Below are positions 22,608 through 24,479 of a stretch of 24,479 nt of DNA, in pieces. The first letter of the stretch is position 1; the number at the start of each line of letters is the position of its first letter. The notes under the pieces are model-generated. The model was not told the DNA's origin, did not search any database, and saw only the letters and a list, made by a program, of their open reading frames with translations. The stretch spans positions 1 to 24,479 of the forward strand of contig JAQVLL010000002.1 in the NCBI GenBank assembly GCA_028704195.1, in the 5' to 3' direction. The position numbers were made by a program, and so were the translations under genes. This stretch comes from Smithellaceae bacterium (lineage in GTDB: Bacteria > Desulfobacterota > Syntrophia > Syntrophales > Smithellaceae).

Positions 22608-23825
22608 ATGCCGCAGGAAGATTTGAGCAAGCTTAAAATTGACAAATCCGATAAAAAAAGTGTCCTGGCCGACCGCAAAAAGAAGCCCTTTATTATTGCG
22701 GCCCTGGTTGTCCTGGTGATCGCCGCTATTCTTCTATATCATGCGGGCATTATCGCTCCGACCAGCACGGTGGATGTGACCACGGTCTCACTGGTTTATC
22801 CATCGCAGTCATTGTCTGTACTGAATGCCAGCGGTTACATTGTTGCCCAGCGTAAAGCGGCAGTGGCTTCCAAAATGACCGGCAGGCTTACTGCTCTGCT
22901 GGTCGAAGAAGGAAGCATTGTGAAAAAGGGACAAATCCTGGCCCGGATGGAAAGCTCCGATGTGGTTGCCGCAAAGGACCAGGTCGCGGCTAATCTCGCC
23001 AATTCCAGAGCCATGCTCAAACAGGCCATGGTAGAAAGGGATAATCTGCAGAAGGAGCACGCGCGTTACCTGAAACTGATCAAGAATGGCTATATCTCTC
23101 AATCGGAATACGATACGATCAATACCCGGTATCTGCGTTCCCATGAGGCTGTGAAAGCGGCCTTGGCAGCTGCGGATTCGGCGGCGGCCGCCCTTGCGGG
23201 GGCCGAAGCAAATCTCGATTACACGTTGATCCGCGCGCCATTTGACGGCGTGGTGCTGACTAAGAATGCAGACGTGGGCGATATTGTCACGCCGCTGGGT
23301 GCGTCAAGCACTTCCAAGGCCGCTGTCGTCACGCTGGCCGATATGGATTCGCTGCAGGTTGAAGCCGATGTGTCGGAAACCAGTATTACAAAAATTAAAG
23401 TCGGCCAGCCCTGTGATATTCAGCTCGACGCCCTGCCCGAAAAACGTTTCCGCGGAGAAGTGCACGCCATTGTGCCGACCGTCGACCGTGCCAAGGCGAC
23501 TGTTTTAGTCAAAGTGCGGTTTTTGGATATTGATTCACGGATGCTGCCGGATATGAGCGCCAAGGTGTCCTTTCTTTCCCGGGAACTGGCCGCCGGTGAA
23601 CTTCAGCCCAGACTGGCCGTGAATAAGGCCGCGCTGGTCAGCCGTGACGGCAAAAAAATCGTTTATCTGGCCCAGGATAATAAAGTGCGGGAGTCTGTCA
23701 TCTCCATCGGGGACACACTGGGAGACATGCAGGAAGTGCAAACAGGTCTGAAACCGGGCGACCGCGTGGTGCTGCAGCCGAAAGGATTGAAGGACGGGGC
23801 AAGGATCAAGGTAGCGGAAAGGTAG
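22608..23825 (+). CDS. MacA/HlyD-family periplasmic adaptor (membrane fusion protein) of an ABC export system
   Basis: 405 aa; N-terminal TM helix, ASGYIVAQRKAAVASKMTGRL, VEEGSIVKKGQILA, IRAPFDGVVL and VEADVSE. Confidence 0.92.
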   Translation: MPQEDLSKLKIDKSDKKSVLADRKKKPFIIAALVVLVIAAILLYHAGIIAPTSTVDVTTVSLVYPSQSLSVLNASGYIVAQRKAAVASKMTGRLTALLVEEGSIVKKGQILARMESSDVVAAKDQVAANLANSRAMLKQAMVERDNLQKEHARYLKLIKNGYISQSEYDTINTRYLRSHEAVKAALAAADSAAAALAGAEANLDYTLIRAPFDGVVLTKNADVGDIVTPLGASSTSKAAVVTLADMDSLQVEADVSETSITKIKVGQPCDIQLDALPEKRFRGEVHAIVPTVDRAKATVLVKVRFLDIDSRMLPDMSAKVSFLSRELAAGELQPRLAVNKAALVSRDGKKIVYLAQDNKVRESVISIGDTLGDMQEVQTGLKPGDRVVLQPKGLKDGARIKVAER

Positions 23826-23949
23826 CTTACGGGAAAAGCTTGAAGCATCCATCAGACCATGATTCAGCCGGGTCTTTATAATACGATCGAATGCAAAGTC
23901 GCTGGATGCCTGTGTCCAATCGAGTGATACGATAATCCAGAAAGATGAG

Positions 23950-24479
23950 ATGATTACAAAACCCCAAAAACCCATTGTTGAAATAAAAAATTTATACAAG
24001 AGCTATCACCGGGACAGTCTTGTAGTGCCTGTATTGTATGATATCACCTTTGATATAGCCGATGGAGAATTTCTGGCGCTGATGGGGCCATCCGGTTCCG
24101 GCAAGACGACGCTTTTGAACCTGATCGCGGGCATTGACAAGGCGGATGAGGGAACCATCCATGTCGGTGATATCGACATAACCAATCTGTCGGAGACGGA
24201 GCTGGCCGCGTGGCGAGCCAATTCTGTCGGTTTCATTTTTCAGTTTTACAATCTGATTCCCGTTCTCAAAGCCGTGGAAAATGTCGAACTGCCGCTTCAT
24301 CTCACTACACTGTCCAAAAACCAGCGCCGTGAACACGCCGAAATGGCCCTTTCGATGGTGGGACTGGGGCATCGGATGGACCATTATCCCGGTGAAATGT
24401 CCGGTGGGGAGCAGCAGCGTGTCGCCATTGCGCGAGCCATCGTTACCGATCCGACCATTCTGGTTGCCGACGAGCCAAC
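23950..24479 (+). CDS. ABC transporter ATP-binding protein, LolD/MacB type (truncated at the window edge)
   Basis: Manual translation from the ATG at 23950: MITKPQKPIVEIKNLYKSY..MGPSGSGKTTLLNL..GFIFQFYNLIP..MSGGEQQRVAIARA..ILVADEP. Confidence 0.93.
   Translation, partial: MITKPQKPIVEIKNLYKSYHRDSLVVPVLYDITFDIADGEFLALMGPSGSGKTTLLNLIAGIDKADEGTIHVGDIDITNLSETELAAWRANSVGFIFQFYNLIPVLKAVENVELPLHLTTLSKNQRREHAEMALSMVGLGHRMDHYPGEMSGGEQQRVAIARAIVTDPTILVADEP

Noticed and set aside
1-24479. tRNA, rRNA, IS/transposase, integrase, prophage or defence genes
   Set aside because: None recognised by eye; tRNAscan-SE/Infernal would be needed to exclude small RNAs formally.

Overview
The window looks like an anaerobic deltaproteobacterial fragment; a Syntrophales/Smithella-like origin is an inference from gene content only. 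It probably begins at a contig end, because bases 1-10 match an Illumina adapter remnant. Left part: hsp20-lon (minus, lon truncated), typA, a 22-aa-repeat lipoprotein and a REC-PAS3-HisKA-HATPase-REC hybrid kinase with an internal GC shift. The core (7472-20090) is a six-gene minus-strand acyl-CoA catabolic operon: PimF-like hydratase/3-hydroxyacyl-CoA dehydrogenase, long acyl-CoA dehydrogenase, large-type malic enzyme, thiolase, non-decarboxylating glutaryl-CoA-dehydrogenase-like enzyme and GcdA-like carboxyltransferase. It sits behind a correctly spaced sigma54 -24/-12 promoter and two candidate enhancer palindromes. Divergently transcribed are a sigma54 activator with no sensory domain and an HMG-CoA-lyase-fold protein that keeps its metal ligands but has lost the catalytic Cys and the RDGLQ Gln. 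Best candidate for an undescribed system: a sigma54-controlled anaerobic dicarboxylate (possibly branched) beta-oxidation module with separate odd- and even-chain exits, possibly controlled in trans by a lyase-derived pseudo-enzyme sensor. Right part: a DUF3141 PhaC-like Cys hydrolase/synthase and the start of a MacA/LolD-type ABC export operon. All family assignments are by motif recognition from memory; no searches were run.
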